From Torpedo marmorata (lineage: Eukaryota), in the NCBI GenBank assembly GCA_977017645.1, contig OZ360219.1:87048001-87112000 (forward strand): a DNA stretch of 64,000 nt, given 5' to 3'. The notes below the pieces were generated by a model that worked only from the letters and a program-made list of their open reading frames with translations, searched no databases and was not told the DNA's origin. Positions 53,806 to 64,000 of the stretch are shown in pieces. How positions within the stretch are numbered: the stretch's first letter is position 1; each line of letters begins with the position of its first letter. The position numbers and the translations under genes were made by a program.

Positions 53806-56114
53806 CCATGACTGCAGGGGATGTGCTACGTGTGCTCACTGAAGGTAGTGCGTCATCATTGTTGGGAACAAAAATATTGTGCTACCTGCAGTGGAGTCTT
53901 TACTTGTTAATTCATGATCTGATATAGAAGTTGACAATATTTTCTGAGTTTTATTTTCCCTTGCCAAATATCTAACTGCTAATTTTTTTTTTCTCTGTGG
54001 ACCGGAGTGGAAGTTGCCTCATGGTTCTTTGGCACACATGGAGAAGTCAGACGGGAAGACAGAAGAATTTCATCCATTCTACCCACACGGGTACGGAAAC
54101 ATTACCTTTTGAAGTTGTTCGTTATTCCTAATCAATTTGTTCAGATATGCAGGATATCTATGGTAAGTCTTTCACCTGAAGAAGACGTGTAGGACTGGGT
54201 TCAGACTTGCCATTCCAATTACAGACATCTGTTTCCTGAACTGCAGCATTTCCCTGTGCTTTCAGTGGTAAGTGCTGCCATCTTTAGGTGACGACTGTAA
54301 AATGAAGAATTGTCCACATCTGTTCACCAGTGAGTAAACCGGCAGGGCAATAAAATTGCGATGGATTAAATTGTGTTTTATTTCTTCCACAGGTTTGTTT
54401 TTCCTTCAACATCCCTGCTAATGATTATTTTACCCTTTGATTATACTTGTATTTTAGATACAATATGTCTGGAGGAAATTGGTAGAATGCTTTTTAATTT
54501 TTCACATTGCATTTTCTGTGCAAATCCTGACGTGACTTGTGCAATACATATCTGTGTGATTAAAGTCTTATCATCATCAGCGTCCATTCTGTGTTGTGAA
54601 GAGAACATTGACTACCTCAAACATCCCAGCATCTTGTGCAGATTTATGTTTATTAGCACCAAATAATGTCAGGAAATGTCTACTTTCGATGAACATTTCT
54701 GATGGTTCAATACCCTTATTTTCTGAAGACATTTCAACAAACAAACTGAAGGAATTTTTTGAAGATGATTATTTGAGATAATTTATGTCAAATCCAACGC
54801 TGCCATTCATGAAATTCTTTTCTCAACTGACTCAAAGATCATGTGCATCAGCTCACCTTTTACTTTATTTCATTTTCCAAGGGGATTTCTTGCTTACCAT
54901 GGCCACCGCAGTGGTGTTCAATGATGGTTGGTCACAAAAATATTAAGTGCAATGTCTTTCGTTTTGTTACTTTTCGAATTGTCATCCACTGGAACAATTG
55001 TATTTCTACACGGCAAACATCTGTCCCTCTCTAAACTGTTCTTTGCAATACATGTGCACAATTCATTGTCCTGGTTTCATATGCTTGCAAGTCCTGTGAA
55101 TTTGATCGAAAGGCTCTTCATAATTTTGATCCATCAAACCTGATGCAGGATTTGAGGGTTTGCAATTTTTGTTGTGCTGCTATGGAATGTTACCTTTTGA
55201 AATTGTTTATTTTACTAAAATAATATTTGGAATTGCTGTGTACATTTGTTGAGCCTATCACCTGAAGAACACGTGTACGACTCGTTTCAGACTTGCCATT
55301 CCAATTACAGACATCTGTTTCCTGAATTGCAGCACTTTCCTGTGCATTCAGTGGTAAGTGCTGCCATGTTTAGGTGACAACTGTCTGGCTCCTCAACTCC
55401 AAGATGAAGATTTGTCCACACCTGTTTACAACTGAATCATCAGACATGGCAACCTCCTCCTTTCCAACCTATTTGTTGATGATTATTTTGCCCTTTAATT
55501 ACAGTTGTATTTTAGATTACATTTTTCCAGAGGAAATTGGTACAATTCTTTTTAATTTTGCCCATTGTATTTTCTGTGCAATATATATCTGAGTGCTTAA
55601 AGTCTCGTCGTCTACAGTGTACATGCAGAATTGTGAAGAGTCATTGACTTCCTCAAGCATCTCAGCATCTTGTTTATAGCACCAAATAATATCAGAAATG
55701 GCTCCTATCGGTAAACATTTCTGATGGAATACTCCAGATATTTGCTGCCAATATTCAACAAATAGTCAGAAGGCATTTTTCAAAGATTGTCATCTTGTAT
55801 AGTTTTCACCAAATCTTCGATGCCATTCATGAAATTGTGTTCTCGTATCACTGAGTGATCACGTGCAGCAGATCTCCAACCAATTCATTTCCTGTTGCAA
55901 GGGTTTTCCTCCTTTTCCATGACTGCTGGGGATGTGCTGTGTGTGGTCGCTTTGAAGGTAGTGCATCATCATTGTTGGGATAATTTATGCCAAATACAAC
56001 GCTGCCATTCATGAAATTCTTTTCTCAACTCACTGAGAGATCATGTGCATCAGCTCACCTTTTACTTTCTTTCATTTTCCAAGGGGTTTTCTTCCTTATG
56101 CTGTTCAATACCCG

Positions 56115-56290
56115 AACCTGGACCCCGGCCGCCGACTATCGGAGCTCCCAACGCCGCAGCCGCCGACTTGATCCCTGGTCCCGGCCGCCGACTCACCGGA
56201 GCTCCCAACGCGACGGCCGCCGACCCGACCCTGGACCCCGGCCGCCGACTCACCGGAGCTCCCAACGCCGCAGCCGCCTGCTCCTACCCG
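56115..56290 (+). repeat. ~57-bp GC-rich tandem repeat (3 copies) in the PLE 5' region
   Basis: Unit CCTGGACCCCGGCCGCCGACTCACCGGAGCTCCCAACGC.. is repeated, followed by a C-rich low-complexity tract to about 56770. Confidence 0.8.
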
Positions 56291-58772
56291 CGCCCCGGGC
56301 GCCGACACGATGGTACTCCCGAAGCTACGGCCGCCAACCCCAGCCCGGACCCCGAGCCTCTACTCACCAGAGTTCCTGATGCCTCCACTGCCGACTCCCA
56401 CCACAGACTGTTACCTGCTGGAGACTCCCACGCTGACTGCCACTGGAGTCCTCATCTCGCAACAAGATCCCACTTACCTATCCCCCTCACTACTCCTTCC
56501 CTCTCCTCCTGCACCTCTCCCTACTCCACCTCCATCTCCCCCTCTCTGCCCCACTCTCCTCCCCAACCCTCAGACCTCATCCCTTCCCTTCCCTCCATCC
56601 CCCCCTCTCTCTGGCTACCCTCCCTACGCCCCTCTCCCACCCTCCTACCTCCCCTACCCCCCTCCGACCCCCCCTCCCCCTCCCTCCAACCTCCCCCACC
56701 CTCCACCTCCCCCCTCTGACCTCCCCAACACTCCCCCTCCCCCCAACACCCTCCACAACACCGATCCCCACTCTAACCCCTGCTTGGTTTTTACTATCCC
56801 CTCCGACCTTCCCTCTCTGAGACGGAGCGCTGCGGTCGTTGTCTGGCGCACTGACCTCTACCTTGCCGAGGCCAGTCGACAACTCTTAGACACCTCCTCC
56901 TACCGACCCCTCCCACAGGACCCCACCACAGCACATCAAGCCACTGTCCCCAACACCATCTCCGACCTCATCACCTACGGCCACCTCCCCCCCACGGCCA
57001 CCAATCTCATTCTCCCCCACCCCCGCACTGCCCGTTTCTACCTTCTACCCAAGATACACAAACCCAACCATCCGGGCAGACCCATTGTTTCTGCCTGCTC
57101 CTGCCCCGCCGAACTAGTTTCATCTTACCTTGACTCCATCTTTTCTCCCCTGGTCCAATCCCTCCCCACCTACATCCGCGACACCTCACATGCCCTCCAT
57201 CTCCTCAATGACTTCAGATTCCCTGAACCGGACCGCATCATCTTCACCATGGATGTCCAATCCCTTTATACCTCTATCCCCCACACAGAAGGTCTGAAAG
57301 CACTTCGCTTCTTTCTGGACCAAAGATCCGACCAGTCACCCTCTACCACCACCCTCCTCCGCCTGGCAGAACTTGTCCTCACTCTCAATAACTTCTCCTT
57401 CAACTCATCCCACTTCCTCCAAATCAAAGGAGTAGCCATGGGTACGCGCATGGGTCCCAGCTATGCCTACCTGTTTGTGGGCTTTGTGGAGCAATCCATG
57501 CTGCAAGCCTACACAGGCAAGACCCCTCATCTCTTCCTCCAGCATATCGACGACTACATCGGGGCTGCCTCATGCACCCGTGATGAGCTTGTCAACTTCA
57601 TCCACTTCGCATCCAACTTTCACCACGATTTCAAACTCACCTGGTCCATCTCCGATAACACTCTCCCCTTCCTTGGATCTCTCTGTCTCCATCTCGGGAG
57701 ACAAGCTTTCCACCGACATTTACTACAAACCCTCCAACTCCCACAACTATCTGGACTACACATCCTCACACCCTGTCCCCTGCAAGGACTCCATCCCCTT
57801 CTCTCAATTTCTCCGCCTCCGCCGCATCTGTTCCCAAGATGAGGTGTTCCTCTCCAGATCTTCTGAAATGTCTGCCTTTTTCCACAAACGTGGCTTCCCC
57901 TCCACCACCATCAACTCAGCCCTCACCCGCATCTCCTCCATTTCCCGCTCATCTGCCCTGGCCCCCTCTGCCCCCAGACGCAACAAACATAGAATCTCCC
58001 TCATCCTCACCTACCACCCCACCAGCCTCCGCATCCAACACAATTTCCGGCACTTACTACAGGATCCCACCACCAGACACATTTTTCCTTCTCCTCCCCT
58101 CTCGGCCTTCCGTAGGGACCGCTCCCTCCGCGATTCACTCGTGCACTCATCCCTCCCCACCCATCGCACCCCCGGAACCTTCCCCTGTGCCCGCAGGAGG
58201 TGCAACACCTGCGCCCACACCTACCCCCTCACCTCGGTCCAGGGCCCTAAACAGGTCTTCCAAGTGAAACTACACTTCACTTGTACATCCAGAGAACTTA
58301 TTTACTGCATCCGGTGCTCCCTTTGTGGCTTTCTCTACATTGGAGAGACCGGTCGTAGATTGGGAGACTGCTTTGCTGAGCACCTCCTCTCCGTCCGCAA
58401 CAACAGCGACCTCCCAGTAGCCAACCATTTCAATTCCGGGTCACACTCCCACACTCACATGTCTGTCCATGGCCTCATGTACTATCCCACCCAGACTACC
58501 CGCAAATTGGAGGAACAACATCTCATATTCCGTCTCGGCACTCTCCAGCCAGATGGCATTAACATTGACTTTTCTGCTTTCCACTAAACCTGCTTGTCAT
58601 TCCCTTCCCCTCCCCCCTCACCTGTCCTTCCTGTTTTTCTCCAGCTACCCAGCCATCCTTCCTCCCCCTCTTTGCTGCTGTCCCCTCCCTCCTTTCTCCA
58701 CCTATCATCTCCTGCCTTTGCCATCCCCCTTCCCCTCTCACTCTTTTGTTCGGACGCCTACCGGCATTTTCT

Positions 58773-58813
58773 CATACTTTGATGAAGGGCTCAAGCCCGA
58801 AACGTCGGTTATG
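58773..58813 (+). ncRNA. Minimal hammerhead-ribozyme-like motif in the PLE 3' terminal region
   Basis: CATACT-TTGATGA-A-GGGC TCAA GCCC-GAAA-C-GTC-GGTTATG: core boxes, stem II, palindromic ACGT stem III and an imperfect stem I. Confidence 0.6.
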
Positions 58814-59246
58814 TATTTCTACCTTTGCTACATAAAAGACACTGTTTGACCTGCTGAGTTTCTCCAGCATTTGTGTTTTTTACTTCAACCACGGTGTCCA
58901 CAGATTTTCGTGTTTTACTGCTGTTCAATGATTGTTGGGTACAAAAATATTAAGTGCTATGTCTTTCGTTTCTTTACTTGTCGAATCATCATCCACTGGA
59001 ACAATTGTATTTCTACACGGCAAACATCTGTCCCTCTCTAAATTGATCTTTGCAATATGTGTGCACAATTCATTGTCCTGGTTTGATAAGCTTGCAGGTT
59101 CTGTGACTCTGATCGAAAGGCTCTTCAAAAGTTTTGATGCACCAAACCTGATTCAGGATTTGAGGGTTTTGCAATTTTTTTTGTGTGCTGCTATGGAATG
59201 TTACCTTTTGAAATTGTTCATTTTCCAAAAAAAACATTTGGAATTT

Positions 59247-59500
59247 GGTGCAACGCCTTTACAGCGCCAGTGATCGGGACCTAGGTTTGAATCCTGCGCA
59301 GGCCGTAAGGAGTTTCTACGTTCTCCCCGTGTCTGCGTGGGTTTTCCCCGGTGGCTCCGGTTTCCTCCCACCGTTCAAAACGTACCGGTGGTGGTGGTTA
59401 ATTGGGTGTAAAAATTGGGTGGCATGGACTCGTGGGCCGAAATAGGCTGTTACCGTGCTGTATGTCTAAATTTTTAAAAATACATTTAAAAAAAAATTTA
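59247..59500 (+). mobile_element. V-SINE copy with a deletion in the tRNA head
   Basis: Same insertion site as 12944; A-box region deleted. Confidence 0.85.
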
Positions 59501-61784
59501 AATTGCTGTATACACTTGGTGAGCCTATTACCTGAAGAAGACATGTACGACTGGGTTCAGACTTGCCATTCCAATTACAGACATCAGTTCCCTAAACTGC
59601 AGCATTTTCCTGTGCTTTCTGTGGTAAGTGCTGCCATGTTCAGGTGACGACTGTTTGGCTCCTCAACTGCAAGATGAAGATTTATCCAGATCTGTTTACA
59701 TCTGAGTCAACAGACAGGCCAATGAAATTGCGACGGATTAAATTGTGTTTTATTTCCTCCATGGGAATGTCTTTCATTCCAACCTCTCTGTTGATGATTA
59801 TTTTGTCCTTTGATTACACTTTTATTTTAGATTCCATTTTTCCAGATGAAATTGGTACAATTCTTTTTAATTTTGCCCATTGCATTTTCTGTGCAATATA
59901 TATCTGAGTGCTTAAAGTCTCGTCGTCTAAAGGGTACATGCAGAATTGTGAAGAGACGATTGACTTCCTCAAACATCTCAGCCTCTTGTGCTGATTTATG
60001 TTTATTTGCACCCAATTATATCAGAAATGGCTCCTATCGGTAAACATTTCTGATGGTATACTCCCCATATTTGCTGATAATTTTCAACAAATTGTCATCT
60101 TGTATAGTTTTCACCAAATCTTAGATGCCATTCATGAAATTGTGTTCTCGTATCACTGAGTGATCACGTGCAGCAGATCTCCAACCAATTCATTTCCTGT
60201 TGCAAGGGTTTTCCTCCTTTTCCATGACTGCTGGGGATGTGCTGTGTGTGGTCACTACGAACATAGTGCTTCATCATCGTTAGGATCAACAATATTAACT
60301 GCTACCTGCAGTGGTGTCTTTACTTGTTAAATAGTGATCTGCTATAGAAGTTGACAATGTTTTCTGAGTTTTATATTTCCTTGTCAAATATCCAACTACA
60401 ATTTTTTTTTCTGTGGAACGGAGTGGAAGTTGCCTCATGGTTCTTTGGCCACATGGAGAGGTCAGACGGGAAGACAGAGAAGAATTTCATCCATTCTACC
60501 CAGAAGTGTACGGAAACTTGACCTTTTGAAGTTGTTTGTTATTCCGAATCAATTTGTTGAGATATGCAGGATATCTTTCACCTGAAGAAGACATGTACGA
60601 CTGGTTTCAGACTTCCCATTTCGATTACAGACATCTGTTTCCTGAACTGCAGGCTTTTACTGTGCATTCAGTGGTAAGTGCTGCCATGTTTAGGTGACGA
60701 CTGTTTGGCTCTTCCACAGCAAAGTGAAGATTTGTCCACATCTGTTTACAACTGAATCATCAGACAAGGCAATGAAATGCCAATGGATTAAATTGTGTTT
60801 TATTTCTTCCACAGGTGTGGTTTTTTCTCAACCTCCCTGATGATGATTATTTTGCCCTTTGATTATACTTGCATTTTAGATTCAATTTATCTGGAGGAAA
60901 TTGGTACGATGCTTTTTACTATTTTCCATTGCATTTTCTGTGCAAGTCCTGACCTGACTTGTGCAATTCATATCTGTGCTTAAAGTCTCATCATCCTCAG
61001 TATCCATGCAGTGTTATGAAGAGAACATTGACTTCCTCAATCATTCAAGCATATTGTGCAGAGTTATGTTTATTAGCACCAAATAATGTAAGGAAATGTC
61101 TACTTTCGATGAACATTTCTGATGGATTACTAGTTTGCAATTCTTGTCGTTGTGCTGTACCTAATGTTACCTTTTGAAATTGTTTGTGTTGCTTAGCATA
61201 TATTTGAAATTTCTATATACCTTTGCTGAGTTTTTCACCTGAAGATGATGGGTTCAGGCTTACCATTCCAATGACAGACATCTGTTTCCTGAACTGCAGC
61301 ATTTTCCTGTGCATTCAGTGGTAAGTGTTGCCATGTTTAGGTGACGACTGTCTGTCTGTCTGTCGACTCAACTACAAGATGAAGATTTGTCCACATCTGT
61401 TTACAAATCTGTCATCAGACAAAACAATGAAATTGGAACGGATTAAATTGTGTTTTATTTCCTGCATGGGAATGTCTTTCTTTCCAACCTCCACGTTGAT
61501 TATTTCACCCTTTGATTAAACTTGAATTTTAGACTAAATTTCATTGGAGAAAATTGGTGGAGTGATTTTTAATTTTGCCCATTGCATTTTGTGGGAAAAA
61601 CCTGACATGAGTTGTGCAATACATTTCTGAGTGCTTAAAGTCTCTTCATCTTCAGTATCCATGCAGAATTGTGAAGAGATGATTAACTTACTCAAGCATC
61701 TCATCGTCTTCTGCTGATTTATGTTTATTACCACAAATAATATCAGAAATGGCTCCTATCGGTAAACATTTCTGATGGTATACT

Positions 61785-62624
61785 TCTTGCGTAATGGCGG
61801 CGCTGCCGGAGCCGCTGTAACGGCAGCGCTGCCGCTGTTGCGGACCCGCGGGGAGTGAGGGAGTGGAAATACAGCGCTCCCGCGGGGTCCAGCCGCCAAG
61901 TACGCTGCCGTCGGTTGCGCACTAGCTTTGAACGGCCCATTGAGGGAGCCGACGGTGGTTTTATTTAAGATCCCGTGACCATGGGGTCTGCGCCCAAGAT
62001 GGCAGTGCCTTTTAACCGGCAGCAGCCATGAGCGGCTGCAGACTCCGTGGAAGCGGAGGACTGGAGCAGAGCACCAGAGGATGGTAAGATCACCCCACCC
62101 GTCTGAGAAGGAGAAGCGGAGGAGACGACCCACGGGACGGTGACCACGGCGGCGGACCGGTGAGGGGCTCTGAGGCTGAAGGACCAGTGCATGCGGCGGG
62201 CTGCTGGCAACTCGAGGCGAGGAACCCGCGGAGGCTGTGGGCTGCTGGAGACTGCTGTCGGGGGACTCACACCGGGCTGCGGACTGCTGGAAGCTGGCTC
62301 GAACAGGTATCCGAACCGGGATGCGAGAGGGTGCCGAGGGCGACCTGACCGTGTCGGATGTTCGGATCTTGAGCTGGGATCGCTGATGGTTTGGACCGGA
62401 CTCTGTGTGGCTGCGGAGGCTGCAGAAGTGCTGGAGGTGAATCTACGGACACTCGGTGACTCTGGGAGGACTCTCTTTTGCTTCTCTTTCTCTGACTGTA
62501 AGGAATGTTAGAGGTGCTTAGGCAATTTCTGCCAGTGGCGAATCTGTCTGCCTTGCAGCAGGCAAAAAGAAATTTCATGGAATATGACACTGTCTTATTA
62601 CTATGACAATAAATTGAATCTTGA
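61785..62624 (+). mobile_element. GC/CpG-rich non-autonomous retroposon (~840 bp) with a LINE-type 3' tail
   Basis: Interrupts the monomer motif GGTATACT|CCCC|ATATTTGCTG. No coding similarity recognised. The tail TCTGTCTGCCTT...AATTTCATG...TGACAATAAA is shared with the SINE3 copies. Confidence 0.75.
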
Positions 62625-62881
62625 TATTTGCTGATAATTTTCAACAAATAGTCAGAAAGCATTTGTCAAAGATTGTCATCTTGTATAATTTTCACTAAAT
62701 TTTCAATGCCATTCATGAAATGATGTTTTCGGGTCACTGGGTGATCACGTGCAGCAGATCTCTTAATTTATTTCCTGTTGCAAGGCTTTTCCTCCTTTTC
62801 CATGACTGCAGGGGATGTGCTGTGTGTGGTCCCTATGAAGGTAGTGCTTCATCATTGTTGGGAACAAAAATATTAAGTGCT

Positions 62882-64000
62882 GGGGCGTGGCGTGATGGCG
62901 TAGGATGGAGACGTGGAAATACACCTCTCCCTACAGAATTAATTAAAGCCTGTTTAAAAAAACTTTATTTAGTTATTAAAAAAAGTTAAGATTGTTTAGT
63001 AACAATTCAACAATGACTACAAGAAAAGCAAAGGAACAAAAGACAAAGAAAGTAGTGCTTCAGAAAAGTTTAATTCAAGGGGAAGATGGGCCTACCTTTT
63101 CGATGGAGCATCGGGTTCAAGTTTCTCTCCCTCCCAGGAAGACGCGGATAAGGATGCTTAAGGTGGATAAAGTAATATCGAAAGTCCAGAAAATTGAAAA
63201 TGATGTTAAAGAGCACTGAAGAAATGGTGTATTATAAAGACAGAGTAGAAAAAGTGGAAGACTCATTCACAGGTTGGAGCAACAAAAAAATGAACTTTTA
63301 CAAAAAATAAATGTATTGGAAAATCAGAGTCGGAGAAATAATGTTAAAATCATGGGAATGCCCGAGGATTTTGAAGGGGGGGAACATAACTGAATTTTTT
63401 CAAGAGTGGATTCCAAAGGTTTTGGGTATTGAACACTTTCCGTATGGACTGGAATTAGATAGAGCCCATAGAGATAGCAGAAAGAAACCGTATCCTTGAC
63501 AAAGGCCACGTTCAGTGTTAATCAGGTGTCTTCGATACCAGGATAAAGAGAAGGTATTGCAATTAGCTGTTCAAAATGCTAGAATGAACCAGAGTCCATT
63601 GATAATTAATAAAAATAGGGTATTTTTTATGCTGATCTATGCGCAGTAATAATTAAAAAACAAAAAGAATTTAACCCAGCGAAAGCCATTTTTTGGAGCA
63701 AAGGATATAAATTTTCATTTAGATATCCTGCGACATTGAAGGTTCAGTCTGGAGAGAATCAATCATTCTTTTTTACTGATTATCAAGAAGCTTTGGAGCA
63801 TGCAAATTCACTTACGAAATTAAAGAAAGATCAAGATTTGATGGGGCAACATTACGTTCAAGTTATTGTACCGATTCAGGAACTGCTTTCACCAAGAGTC
63901 TCAGGACAAGAAGGCAGGGTCGAAATGGATGAGGATCAAGCTAACAGAGACCTCGAAGAAGCTGGATGAAGAAATGATAACAAATGTTGTGTAAAATCTG
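62882..64000 (+). mobile_element. 5' end of an L1 LINE (5' UTR and disrupted ORF1), running off the window
   Basis: Starts GGGGCGTGGCGTGATGGCG. ORF1p motifs LENQSRRNNVKIMGMPE, LELDRAHR, PRSVLIRCLRYQDKE and FRYPATLKV occur across frameshifts. Confidence 0.9.

Larger units (their letters stand above)
56110..58918 (+). mobile_element. Penelope-like element (RT + GIY-YIG endonuclease, Cys linker), defective
   Basis: RT motifs FYLLPKIHK, TMDVQSLYTSIP, GVAMGTRMGPSYA and HIDD. Linker FPCARRRCNTC. Endonuclease IYCIRC..CGFLYIGETGR. 11-bp TSD TGCTGTTCAAT (56099-56109 and 58919-58929); empty site at about 20420. Internal deletion near 56830 and a frameshift near 57670. Confidence 0.95.
7660..62881 (+). 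repeat. Complex macrosatellite of a ~1.05-1.1 kb exon/intron-like monomer with subfamilies and deletion derivatives
   Basis: Core CAGACATCTGTTTCCTGAACTGCAGCATTTTCCTGTGCWTTCAGTGGTAAGTGCTGCCATG occurs about 42 times, all on the + strand. Core-to-core spacings of full monomers are 1092 (13337-14429), 1094, 1078, 1074, 1083, 1086 and 1050 bp. Shorter derivatives are about 480, 560, 660 and 690 bp. Confidence 0.95.

Noticed and set aside
56045-57842. Proline-rich/extensin-like 510-aa host protein
   Set aside because: It is the C-rich low-complexity region of the Penelope-like element read into its RT, bounded by a TSD.
12296-61335. CRISPR-like array (conserved core with variable spacing)
   Set aside because: Eukaryotic DNA with no cas genes. 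The intervening sequences are 0.5-1.5 kb and homologous to each other, not unique spacers.
9419-64000. Flamenco-like antisense transposon trap
   Set aside because: Independent insertions occur in both orientations (about seven + and four -), so there is no strong strand bias. piRNA production is not excluded, but insert orientation does not support it.

Overview
Vertebrate genomic DNA, most likely a cartilaginous fish (shark or ray). The evidence is HE1/V-SINE-type tRNA SINEs, CR1/HER1-type LINEs, L1/Tx1 LINEs, and Penelope-like and Gypsy elements. No intact host gene is identifiable. Bases 1-6.6 kb are nested, decayed retroelements and DNA transposons. From about 7.7 kb to at least 62.9 kb lies a head-to-tail macrosatellite built from a ~1.05-1.1 kb monomer. 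On the + strand the monomer looks like an intron plus a ~264-nt exon: branch point CTAAC, T-tract, ACAG| ... GTG|GTAAGT. The monomer has split into subfamilies and microhomology deletion derivatives. These are arranged in nested higher-order repeats of 2596, 2909, ~3570 and 1736 bp, plus a 19.7 kb-offset duplication. The copies at the left edge are the most diverged and lie beside a CpG-retaining tract. About a dozen independent insertions interrupt the array, most with an empty site visible in a sister monomer. They include three L1 pieces, a CR1, V-SINEs, a 5S rRNA-derived SINE3, a GC-rich non-autonomous retroposon sharing the SINE3 tail, a Penelope-like element with a minimal hammerhead ribozyme motif, a Gypsy element and a probable solo LTR. 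All counts and alignments were made by eye.
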